IMG/VR virus record: IMGVR_UViG_3300045973_000245
Coordinates: 1 to 62,755 of that record
Source: a virus
Lineage: Duplodnaviria > Caudoviricetes
Direction: 5' to 3' (one strand)
DNA length: 62,755 nt
The notes under the pieces were generated by a model. It ran no database searches, was not told where the DNA came from, and saw only the letters and a program-made list of their open reading frames with translations. This document shows positions 1 to 7,210 of the stretch, in pieces (position 1 is the stretch's first letter; every line of letters begins with the position of its first letter). A program made the translations under genes and the position numbers.

Positions 1-183
1 GTGCTATTCTGGCAGGCAAGATAGTTTGAACCGCGAGAGATAGTATGCGGGAATCAATAGTATAGCCGCACGGACTAGAGAGCATAATTAACTCTGGATT
101 GTGTCTTGTTAGTCTTCCTACTATTGAAACTATTTGACGCTATCTCATAATGCTATTTTCTGTCCAATTTGAAAAGGGGGGTA

Positions 184-372
184 ATGAATATAGGAGATAA
201 GGTTCTTATAACTTGCAGACATAAGGATTTTTCCTGTTATTTAGGAAGAATTGGAACAATTATGGGCATTGAACCAGAGAGAGGAACACCATACATCTAT
301 AAGATTAACCGTATTGAAGGTAATCGTCAAGATGTTATTCTTCTCGCGGAAAATGAATTTGAGGTAATTTAA
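184..372 (+). CDS. small KOW/SH3-like phage protein
   Basis: MNIGDKV..G.IGTI..ENEFE pattern shared with several paralogs in the window. Confidence 0.45.
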   Translation: MNIGDKVLITCRHKDFSCYLGRIGTIMGIEPERGTPYIYKINRIEGNRQDVILLAENEFEVI

Positions 373-533
373 TGGACGAAGAAAAGTGTGAATATTGTGT
401 TTGTAGAAATTGTGAAGACATTACCTGCCGCAAAGCCAATTGCTCTGTTTGCTTTAATGAAGAAGATGGAGTAGATTACTGCGAACATCGAATTGTTGCA
501 ATGGAAGCAGATGATGATTTATGGGAGAGCTAA
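372..533 (+). CDS. small Cys-rich acidic protein (below ORF-track cutoff)
   Basis: ATG at 372 after GAGG; MDEEKCEYCVCRNCEDITCRKANCSVC... Confidence 0.5.
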   Translation: MDEEKCEYCVCRNCEDITCRKANCSVCFNEEDGVDYCEHRIVAMEADDDLWES

Positions 534-795
534 TACCTTTTCCTGAAAAGCAAGAACGTGAAGTTAGAAAGTTGATGAAACTTGGCTTTACTCAAGAACA
601 AGCAATTGAGATTCGATATTGGGATGCGTTTTTTGAATACTGGTATGGCGATGAGTAATCTTATACTATCCTCAAGAGAACGTAGAGCATTCTTTGACCG
701 AATCGAAAGAGGTAGAGAAAGACATATCTACACCGAAGCAGTGTTTCGGAAATCTGCTCTTGAAAAAGTGATAGAAGATAAAAAGGAAAGGGAAA

Positions 796-978
796 ATGAC
801 CGAACAGGACGAACGCCTTCTCAGTAACTTTGAAGCTGCTCGTAAAGAGTTGCACAATCACGGCGCTCAAGATGGAAAGCAGTTTCACCGATATGAAACT
901 CTATACGGTGAAGCCTATTCGCTTTTGGTTACTGCTGGTTTGAAGCCTAAACTTCGGACTAAGTATCGCCCAAAATGA
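796..978 (+). CDS. hypothetical protein
   Basis: ORF with RBS-like GGAAAGGG, stop overlaps next start. Confidence 0.5.
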   Translation: MTEQDERLLSNFEAARKELHNHGAQDGKQFHRYETLYGEAYSLLVTAGLKPKLRTKYRPK

Positions 979-1265
979 AAAGGGCAGACAAAATTGCTGC
1001 TGGTATCTTGATTATAATGATAATCTTTGATACATTGTTCACGTACATCTTCTGGAAATCAGGAATGATTAAAGAAGAAAATGGAGTAATGCTTTGGGCT
1101 TTGCAGCATGGTTCAATGTATTGGGCGATTAAAACTGCTCAATTAATTCTTGCTGGAATATTAGTAGTTTTTGCTAAGACTAGTAGACTAGCACGAATAA
1201 GTGTGTGGATAATTGCTCTTGCATTAATTGTGATTTATGCTAGAGTAGCTTTTCAAGTGTTCTAA
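975..1265 (+). CDS. membrane protein (DUF5658-like)
   Basis: Three hydrophobic segments; D..T....EENG motif. Confidence 0.5.
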   Translation: MKRADKIAAGILIIMIIFDTLFTYIFWKSGMIKEENGVMLWALQHGSMYWAIKTAQLILAGILVVFAKTSRLARISVWIIALALIVIYARVAFQVF

Positions 1266-1318
1266 CCTCTGCAAAGTTTGCTAGTTTGATAGCAGAGGAT
1301 AACGAAAACTAGTATCAT

Positions 1319-1405
1319 GCTGAGTTCGCATAATGGTAGTGCCCCGGACTGTAAATCCGTAGGATGTATTTAGACATTGGTGGTTCAAGTCCATCACTCA
1401 GCACC
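1319..1405 (+). tRNA. tRNA-Tyr(GTA)
   Basis: Acceptor GCTGAGT/ACTCAGC, anticodon loop CT-GTA-AA (GTA 1351-1353), long variable arm, GGTTCAAGTCC T-arm; ends A-CC then T. Confidence 0.9.
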
Positions 1406-1411
1406 TAATTT

Positions 1412-1487
1412 CGTAGGGAAGCTTAAACGGGATAAGCATCTGTCTGATACACAGAAGATAGTTGGTTCAAATCCAACTCCTACGACC
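1412..1487 (+). tRNA. tRNA-Ile(GAT)
   Basis: Acceptor CGTAGGG/TCCTACG, anticodon arm TCTGT-CT-GAT-AC-ACAGA, T-arm GTTGG-TTCAAAT-CCAAC; ends A-CC then T. Confidence 0.9.
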
Positions 1488-1561
1488 TGAACGCTAGTAC
1501 AATGATAGTGCAAAGGTCTTATATGCCTAGAATCGAGGTTTGATTCCTCGGCGTTCTACCA
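1488..1561 (+). tRNA. tRNA-Ile(TAT)
   Basis: Acceptor (T)GAACGC/GCGTTC(T), anticodon loop CT-TAT-AT (TAT 1520-1522), T-arm CGAGG-TTTGATT-CCTCG, encoded CCA. Confidence 0.75.
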
Positions 1562-1580
1562 AACAAATAAAGGAGAAATA

Positions 1581-1850
1581 GTGGCAATGTTCGGTCCTAG
1601 AAAATATGGTCCTGGTGGAAGAGAATTTGACCCTGAATTTCTGGATGAATTGCTTGGAAAAGGAAATTGGAAAGCTACATATCCAGAAGAGAAAAAGGAA
1701 ACTACATCAATGACAGACGACGAATTAACTACCCACATAGCAGAAATGTGGGTAGCAAACGGTGGCGATGATGTAGGCTGGTATTTTTGTGCAGATTCTA
1801 TTGCTAATAAAATAGAAACTCTCGTTTATGCAGAGGATGATGAGGAATGA
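1581..1850 (+). CDS. hypothetical protein
   Basis: AAGGAG RBS before GTG start. Confidence 0.55.
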   Translation: MAMFGPRKYGPGGREFDPEFLDELLGKGNWKATYPEEKKETTSMTDDELTTHIAEMWVANGGDDVGWYFCADSIANKIETLVYAEDDEE

Positions 1851-2218
1851 ACCAAGAAACGTTTGAATTCTGGTTTGCTGGGCTGTTCTTTCTAACGTAT
1901 ACTAGTCTGTACTGCATTTGGTGGTATAAAGCAATAGTTAAGGGAGAGTTTGACTGATGTTTTGGACTGGTGTTTGTATGGGTTTTCTAGTAGGAGTTTT
2001 TTGTGGAACAGCCACTTTTTACTTTGGAATCCTTTGGGGAATGAGGAAAAGAAAATGAAAACATGGGGATTTAACATCGGACTGTTTGTGTTTGTGCTGA
2101 TTGTGATATTAATACAACGTAGCCTTCATGCTTCTTATGGAGTAATGTTGCTAACAGTTGGTGCTTTTTATGCAGCTAATGTTCTAGGCTTTTTAGAAGG
2201 GTTGATGAAGAAGTACAA

Positions 2219-2452
2219 ATGAAACTTTTCATTCAAGACAGTCTTGCACACACTATCTATCGCGTAGAGAATCGTGATGCAAGAGCCGAGGAATTGTGGG
2301 AAGTGTTCAAAGAAGAACAAGGTATGGAGACTAATGAGTATAAGTATCCCTACCTTCACGGTCTTTGTCAAGGTCTATTAGGTGAGTGTCTTTATGATTT
2401 GAAAGCAGCTTTAGAACAAATCAATAAAGACCACCCTGAAAAGGAAGAATGA
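2219..2452 (+). CDS. hypothetical protein
   Basis: ATGA overlaps with both neighbouring ORFs. Confidence 0.5.
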   Translation: MKLFIQDSLAHTIYRVENRDARAEELWEVFKEEQGMETNEYKYPYLHGLCQGLLGECLYDLKAALEQINKDHPEKEE

Positions 2453-2700
2453 TGTTGTCTAAGAAGGACAAGTCAAAGAAAGAGCCTATTACTAATTGTC
2501 TACCAAATAGCTGTTTAGAATGGGGAGACACTGGTTTTACAGGCGACCATAAATGGGGCAAATGGATGGAATTTTCTCGTGGAGATAGGGGCAGAACCAA
2601 TCTCTATACGGGTGCTTTCTATAGAGAGGGTATTTTTGTTCTTCAAGAGAGAAAATGTTCTGTCTGCGGTGAAATCGAAATGCAGAAGATAACTGTATGA
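2449..2700 (+). CDS. small Zn-ribbon protein (HxWxKW...CxxCG)
   Basis: DHKWGKW and RKCSVCG motifs; relatives at 28178 and 28521. Confidence 0.45.
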   Translation: MMLSKKDKSKKEPITNCLPNSCLEWGDTGFTGDHKWGKWMEFSRGDRGRTNLYTGAFYREGIFVLQERKCSVCGEIEMQKITV

Positions 2701-3014
2701 GAACTCACTACTTTGTATGGCAAGATGATGATACTATGAAGTTGTATCCCTATACAGTTTTCAAACTAGATGGTATCATGATAACTAAGATTGCTTGCTT
2801 CAAAAATCTTTGGGAAGCAGGAGATTATGCAGATTTTCTAGAAAGAAAAGAGTTTCCAAAATGAACATTTTGCTTTGGGTTTCAATTGTAATAATGGTAC
2901 TTCAATATCTAGTAATGGCAATAGATACGAAGATATCGGGTGGTGTAAAAATTCTGGCCTATGCTTTGACAATGCCGATTTTCATTTACTTGATTCTGTC
3001 TATCTAGTTTTCTC

Positions 3015-3089
3015 GCAGGTGTAACTCAATTGGCTAGAGTAGCTGACTTTTAATCAGCAAGTTGGGGGTTCAAATCCCCCCGCCTGTAC
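3015..3089 (+). tRNA. tRNA-Lys(TTT)
   Basis: Acceptor GCAGGTG/CGCCTGT, anticodon arm GCTGA-CT-TTT-AA-TCAGC, T-arm GGGGG-TTCAAAT-CCCCC; only C of CCA encoded. Confidence 0.92.
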
Positions 3090-3117
3090 TTGTATTATAA
3101 TGAAAAAGGAAGGGTAA

Positions 3118-4035
3118 ATGGCATTTCATATACATGACTACGGCAAAGTCTACAACAATGGCGTTAAATACGTTATGGAAGTGTTTAATGGTCCTGTTAC
3201 TGTGCAAGAAAAAGTAGATGGAAGTCAGATTTCTTTCGGCTTTATTGAAGGCGAACTTTGCTTTCGTAGCCATAACCAGCAGATAATGTGCTATGCCCCT
3301 AATGATATGTTTGCGGCAGGTGTTAAAGCTATCGAAGAAATCAAAGATATGCTTATCCCTAATGTAATCTATCGTGGTGAGTATCTACAGAAACCAAAGC
3401 ACAATGCTTTAAAGTATGAACGAGTGCCAGCCCGACATATCATTCTATTTGATATGGAAGATGCAACCCATCCAGATAACTATTTTCCATCTGATATAGT
3501 AGCCGAAGAAGCCGAACGTTTAGGCTTGGAATGTGTACCAACCTACTTTGTGGGTAAAGTAGATAGTGTAGAGAGTTTGCTACCGTTCTTGACTGAGAAG
3601 AAGCCAATTTTAGGCGGAGATTTCATAGAAGGAATAGTAATCAAGAACTACAATTTGTCCGATGGTATGGGTAAATTCCTGAAGGCTAAAATTGTGGCAG
3701 ATGATTTCCGAGAAGTACACAAACAAGCGTGGGGTGAAGCTAACCCTAGCCGCCAGGACGTTGTTAAAGAGCTTGTGGGGTATCTTAGGACAGAAGCAAG
3801 GTGGAACAAGGCTATTGCCCACCTGAAAGAGAACGGGGAATTACAAGAGGCTCCACAGGATATCGGCCCGCTATTAAAAGCGGTGAATCAGGATATCCTT
3901 GACGAAGAAATAGAATACATCAAAGAGATTCTATTTAAGCACTTTTGGAAGGATATATCTCGCGGAGTAACTAATGGACTTCCAGAGTGGTATAAGCGAA
4001 AACTAGTTGGTGTCGATATGGGCATTGACTTGTAA
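3118..4035 (+). CDS. ATP-dependent RNA ligase, Rnl2 family
   Basis: Motif I QEKVDGS, RGE, LFD, motif IV EGIVIK, motif V KAKI, plus an Rnl2-like C-terminal domain. Confidence 0.85.
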   Translation: MAFHIHDYGKVYNNGVKYVMEVFNGPVTVQEKVDGSQISFGFIEGELCFRSHNQQIMCYAPNDMFAAGVKAIEEIKDMLIPNVIYRGEYLQKPKHNALKYERVPARHIILFDMEDATHPDNYFPSDIVAEEAERLGLECVPTYFVGKVDSVESLLPFLTEKKPILGGDFIEGIVIKNYNLSDGMGKFLKAKIVADDFREVHKQAWGEANPSRQDVVKELVGYLRTEARWNKAIAHLKENGELQEAPQDIGPLLKAVNQDILDEEIEYIKEILFKHFWKDISRGVTNGLPEWYKRKLVGVDMGIDL

Positions 4036-4043
4036 TAGTTTGC

Positions 4044-4116
4044 AGAGAGTTGGTGTAAAGGTAGCACAAAAGCTTCCAAACCTTTTAGTACGGGTTCAAG
4101 TCCTGTACTCTCTGCC
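4044..4116 (+). tRNA. tRNA-Trp(CCA)
   Basis: Acceptor AGAGAGT/ACTCTCT with G discriminator, loop TT-CCA-AA (CCA 4076-4078), T-arm ACGGG-TTCAAGT-CCTGT; ends CC then T. Confidence 0.8.
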
Positions 4117-4264
4117 TAAGCCTAGCGTGTAACGAGTTAGATTATAGAGGGTCTAACCACCGCCATGACGCTAGGCTTTTCTCACGGCAATAACCCAAAA
4201 AGGTCGTTAACCCGTCTATCCTCTTATAGTGTAGGGGGTAGTGCGTCAATTATCGGGGTCTAAT

Positions 4265-4340
4265 GGGGGCGGGTTGGTTTCGACAAACAATAAACCGAAA
4301 GGCATTGTTTGGACCTCGGTTCAATTCCGAGCGCCTCCAC
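4265..4340 (+). ncRNA. ssrA: mini-tmRNA: tRNA-like domain only, no mRNA-like domain
   Basis: 5' GGGGGCG...GGTTTCGAC and 3' GGAC-CTCGG-TTCAATT-CCGAG-CGCCTCC-A-C with G3.U70, joined by helix AAACAAT/ATTGTTT capped with CC-GAAA-GG. Confidence 0.8.
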
Positions 4341-4365
4341 TAACTTAATGAAAGGGGGTGTATAA

Positions 4366-4596
4366 ATGACTAAGAAGAGAAAGAAACAGCAAGAAGGAGT
4401 AAAAGCTTTCTCTCATATTGATGAGTATATCTATGAGATTCTCTTGCGCGAAGATATGTTTGATGATGTTGCATCATCGACTGAGCGTTGGAGTAAATTC
4501 GATAGAATCATTGAACAAGTGAGGGACAGTGTTAAGGAATCTTTGCAAAAATCGTTTGACGAAATCTTTGGTGAAGACACCATCGTCGTCATGTGA
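4366..4596 (+). CDS. hypothetical protein
   Basis: GGGGGTG RBS upstream of ATG. Confidence 0.5.
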   Translation: MTKKRKKQQEGVKAFSHIDEYIYEILLREDMFDDVASSTERWSKFDRIIEQVRDSVKESLQKSFDEIFGEDTIVVM

Positions 4597-4764
4597 AGGA
4601 AAAAGAATGTGTAAGTATTTCATAACATACAAAACTCAAGGTGGAGAAATTCGTACTCTAGTAGGACAAGTAGAGTCGGATAAAATTGCTGATGTGTGGG
4701 TAAAAAGTTTGCCCAATCGAGCAACTGTGTTGACTATTTTCATTAGTATGGTCTAGGTGATTAA

Positions 4765-5829
4765 ATGATTGAAGAAGTGATGGAAGTGGTCACTGAAATC
4801 ATGGACCCAATTCCGGTTTATGGTGTTGGTGGCATGGTAAGGGATTGGCTAATGGATAGGGAGTCTGATGATATAGACCTAACTACTCCTGCCACTCCAG
4901 ATGAAATCATTGCACAACTGGAAATAAAAAATCCAGGGCGCAAGATATGGGAAACTGGTAAGCGGTTTGGTACGGTAGCAACTAAAATATACCTGCCTAC
5001 AAGTGACCGCTATGAGAAAGTTGAAATTACCACTTTCCGCACAGAAGAATATGATGGTAAAAGTAGAAAACCTAAAGTGGAATTTGTTAGGAATCTACAT
5101 GAAGACCTAATGCGTCGAGATTTTACCATTAATGCTATTGCGGTACGACTGAAAAAAGGTCGTATTCATATTATTGACCCGTTCAATGGTATGGGTGATA
5201 TCGAAAGTGGTATTATTCGCGCGGTAGGTAGTGCAAAACAGCGTTTTAGGGAAGACCCACAACGTATGCTTAGAGCAGCAAGGTTTAATTCTGCTCTTGG
5301 TTTCCCAATTGAAGAAATTACTATGAAAAGAATGAGGGATGCAAGTCCTGCAATTCTTAAAGTGAGCAAAGAACGTTGGATGCAAGAACTTGATAAACTA
5401 CTTGTAGGTCCAAATGTAATGCAAGCACTCTATATTCTTATGGAAACTAGGCTGCTAAATTACATGATTCCCGAACTTGCTCTGCAATACAATTATGACC
5501 AACAGACTCCATATCATGATTTCACTCTTTGGGAACATACTTGCCGAGTTGTTCAGGCAGTACCTAAAGATGATGTTGAACTGGCATGGATTGGTCTATT
5601 TCACGATGTAGGTAAACCTTATGCTGCATTTCAGAAGAATGAAGAGCAGAAGATTTACGTTGGTCATGAGCTAATCGGTAAAGAACTTACCGAACAAATT
5701 GGTAGGCATCTGAAATGGTCTGCTGATAGAATCAAAACTGTCTCTGAAGGTGTAGGTAATCACCTTGATGAGAAAAGTCGTATCAAAGGCTACGACTCTG
5801 GCGCACAGAAAAGGGTAGATAATGAATGA
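4765..5829 (+). CDS. cca: class II tRNA nucleotidyltransferase (CCA-adding enzyme) with HD domain
   Basis: VGG.VRD..DDIDL, RTEEY..SRKP loop, RRDFTINA, EDPQRMLR, LFHDVGKP. Confidence 0.9.
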   Translation: MIEEVMEVVTEIMDPIPVYGVGGMVRDWLMDRESDDIDLTTPATPDEIIAQLEIKNPGRKIWETGKRFGTVATKIYLPTSDRYEKVEITTFRTEEYDGKSRKPKVEFVRNLHEDLMRRDFTINAIAVRLKKGRIHIIDPFNGMGDIESGIIRAVGSAKQRFREDPQRMLRAARFNSALGFPIEEITMKRMRDASPAILKVSKERWMQELDKLLVGPNVMQALYILMETRLLNYMIPELALQYNYDQQTPYHDFTLWEHTCRVVQAVPKDDVELAWIGLFHDVGKPYAAFQKNEEQKIYVGHELIGKELTEQIGRHLKWSADRIKTVSEGVGNHLDEKSRIKGYDSGAQKRVDNE

Positions 5830-5998
5830 GTTATCTACCCTTTTTGTGTTGCGTCTAGAAGTTATCCATAGTACTCTAACGAATTATATTGATACGATGG
5901 ATGAAAAAGACCTTCCGTATGAAGCAATAAATGAATTAGAAAATGCTAGGGGACACATCAACGCAGCTATATTATACATTGAAGAAGGAGAAGTTTAA

Positions 5999-6214
5999 AT
6001 GAGTAGTACAAGTAATGCAGGTACAAGTAGCGTAGCATCGTTTCCTATTGCCTGGATTCTAACGATTGTGTTTGTTGTGTTGAAACTAACACACACTATT
6101 GATTGGAGTTGGTGGTGGGTACTTAGTCCTCTTTGGATTAGTGCAGCTTTTGTAATTGCAATTTTGCTACTCGTTGCAATTATAATTGTTATTGCTGCTC
6201 TTCTTAAGGATTAA
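5999..6214 (+). CDS. small membrane protein
   Basis: LTIVFVVLKLT..IDWSWWWVLSPLW, two TM segments. Confidence 0.65.
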   Translation: MSSTSNAGTSSVASFPIAWILTIVFVVLKLTHTIDWSWWWVLSPLWISAAFVIAILLLVAIIIVIAALLKD

Positions 6215-6216
6215 CA

Positions 6217-6405
6217 ATGATTGAAGCTGGTGACAAAGTAAAATGGAATGGTAAAGTTTCAGGTGAACCTATGCCTTCTTGGTTGACTCAAGATATGATA
6301 GGTGAAGTCGCTGAAATACAGCCATATGACCAACTTGATGTTGGTGTTTGGTTTGGGGACTTGTATGAAGTCTTCAATCAAAATGAGTTGGAGAGAGTCA
6401 AGTGA
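6217..6405 (+). CDS. small KOW/SH3-like protein
   Basis: GDKVKWNGK...MIGEV...NELE; close paralog of 24053..24250. Confidence 0.5.
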   Translation: MIEAGDKVKWNGKVSGEPMPSWLTQDMIGEVAEIQPYDQLDVGVWFGDLYEVFNQNELERVK

Positions 6406-6755
6406 TTAAAAGTTTTGTCCGGTTCTATTATCCTGGTATTTTCTTCACAGAAGATTCAAGCCGAGAACTAGAATCAAACGAGCCACCTATTACATTTCCT
6501 AAAAACAGTTTTGCATACATATTGTATACTAAGGAAGTTATTGAAGGTGCAACTGGCGACCTTGTAGGAAGAGAATTTGGACATACGGGTATGCATTTCA
6601 ATGGTGGTCAAGTATACACTACGGCAGAGCTAGAAAAGTCTTTTCCAACAGAAAAGATTCTCATTAGTAACTCTCGAAGTGGGGGTTACGTAATAAAAAC
6701 TTCAATGGGTAATTGGCAATCTTTTAACCCAAAGAAGGATAAAGTTATCTACTAG
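6402..6755 (+). CDS. hypothetical protein
   Basis: 117-aa ORF with GTGA overlap. Confidence 0.55.
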   Translation: MIKSFVRFYYPGIFFTEDSSRELESNEPPITFPKNSFAYILYTKEVIEGATGDLVGREFGHTGMHFNGGQVYTTAELEKSFPTEKILISNSRSGGYVIKTSMGNWQSFNPKKDKVIY

Positions 6756-6881
6756 CTAGTAGAAGGGAGAACATCTAATGACGGGAAGAAGCCCGCCCAT
6801 TAGAAAAATGGGTTCGTAAGTGCATCGCGTTTCTCAATTATGTTCATAAATGCTTCTCATATTCTCAAAAGGAGAATTCAA

Positions 6882-7121
6882 ATGGAAACTGGAACTGTTA
6901 ACGTTCGTCTTGCTGTCCAGGGTTCTGGATGCGTTTTGGAATTCGAAGTTGATGAAGGTACTACGATTGGTGAACTGCGTGCAATGCAGACTACCCTTCG
7001 CGGTCTTGATATCAAAATCGGTGCCAACAAAGTTAGCGACGAAGATGAAATCGAAGCTAATGAAGACGGCACTCCCACTACTATCATTGGCACAAAAGAT
7101 GTCAAGGGTGGTATCGCCTAG
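6882..7121 (+). CDS. ubiquitin-like (beta-grasp) protein precursor ending KGG-IA
   Basis: AAGGAG RBS before ATG 6882; 79 aa; VNVRL..LEFEVDEGTTIGELR..IIGTKDVKGG beta-grasp pattern; upstream of E2, JAB and E1 genes. Confidence 0.8.
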   Translation: METGTVNVRLAVQGSGCVLEFEVDEGTTIGELRAMQTTLRGLDIKIGANKVSDEDEIEANEDGTPTTIIGTKDVKGGIA

Positions 7122-7145
7122 TCAATAGGTGAAAGACTAATTGAT

Positions 7146-7182
7146 GGGAATGGGGGTAGCAATATCCCCATTCCCTATTTTA
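7146..7182 (+). terminator. intrinsic terminator after the Ubl gene
   Basis: GGGAATGGGGGTA-GCAA-TATCCCCATTCCC stem-loop followed by TATTTT. Confidence 0.75.
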
Positions 7183-7210
7183 GTGTTATCCCTAGCTGAA
7201 AGGAGACTAA

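Noticed and set aside
4044-4116. tRNA-Gly(TCC) reading of this tRNA
   Set aside because: Stem pairing centres the loop on CCA, and A1-U72 with G73 fits Trp.
4187-4210. GCA-ATA-ACC-CAA-AAA-GGT-CGT-TAA as a detached tmRNA tag frame
   Set aside because: Lies upstream of the tRNA-like domain and lacks the hydrophobic/AA tag ending; no support beyond chance.
4265-4340. Ordinary tRNA-Ala or permuted two-piece tmRNA
   Set aside because: No D-stem or 7-nt anticodon loop, and the ends are in standard rather than permuted order.
6850-7128. Alternative-frame 92-aa ORF over the Ubl gene
   Set aside because: No RBS or motif; the 6882 frame has AAGGAG and the GG terminus.
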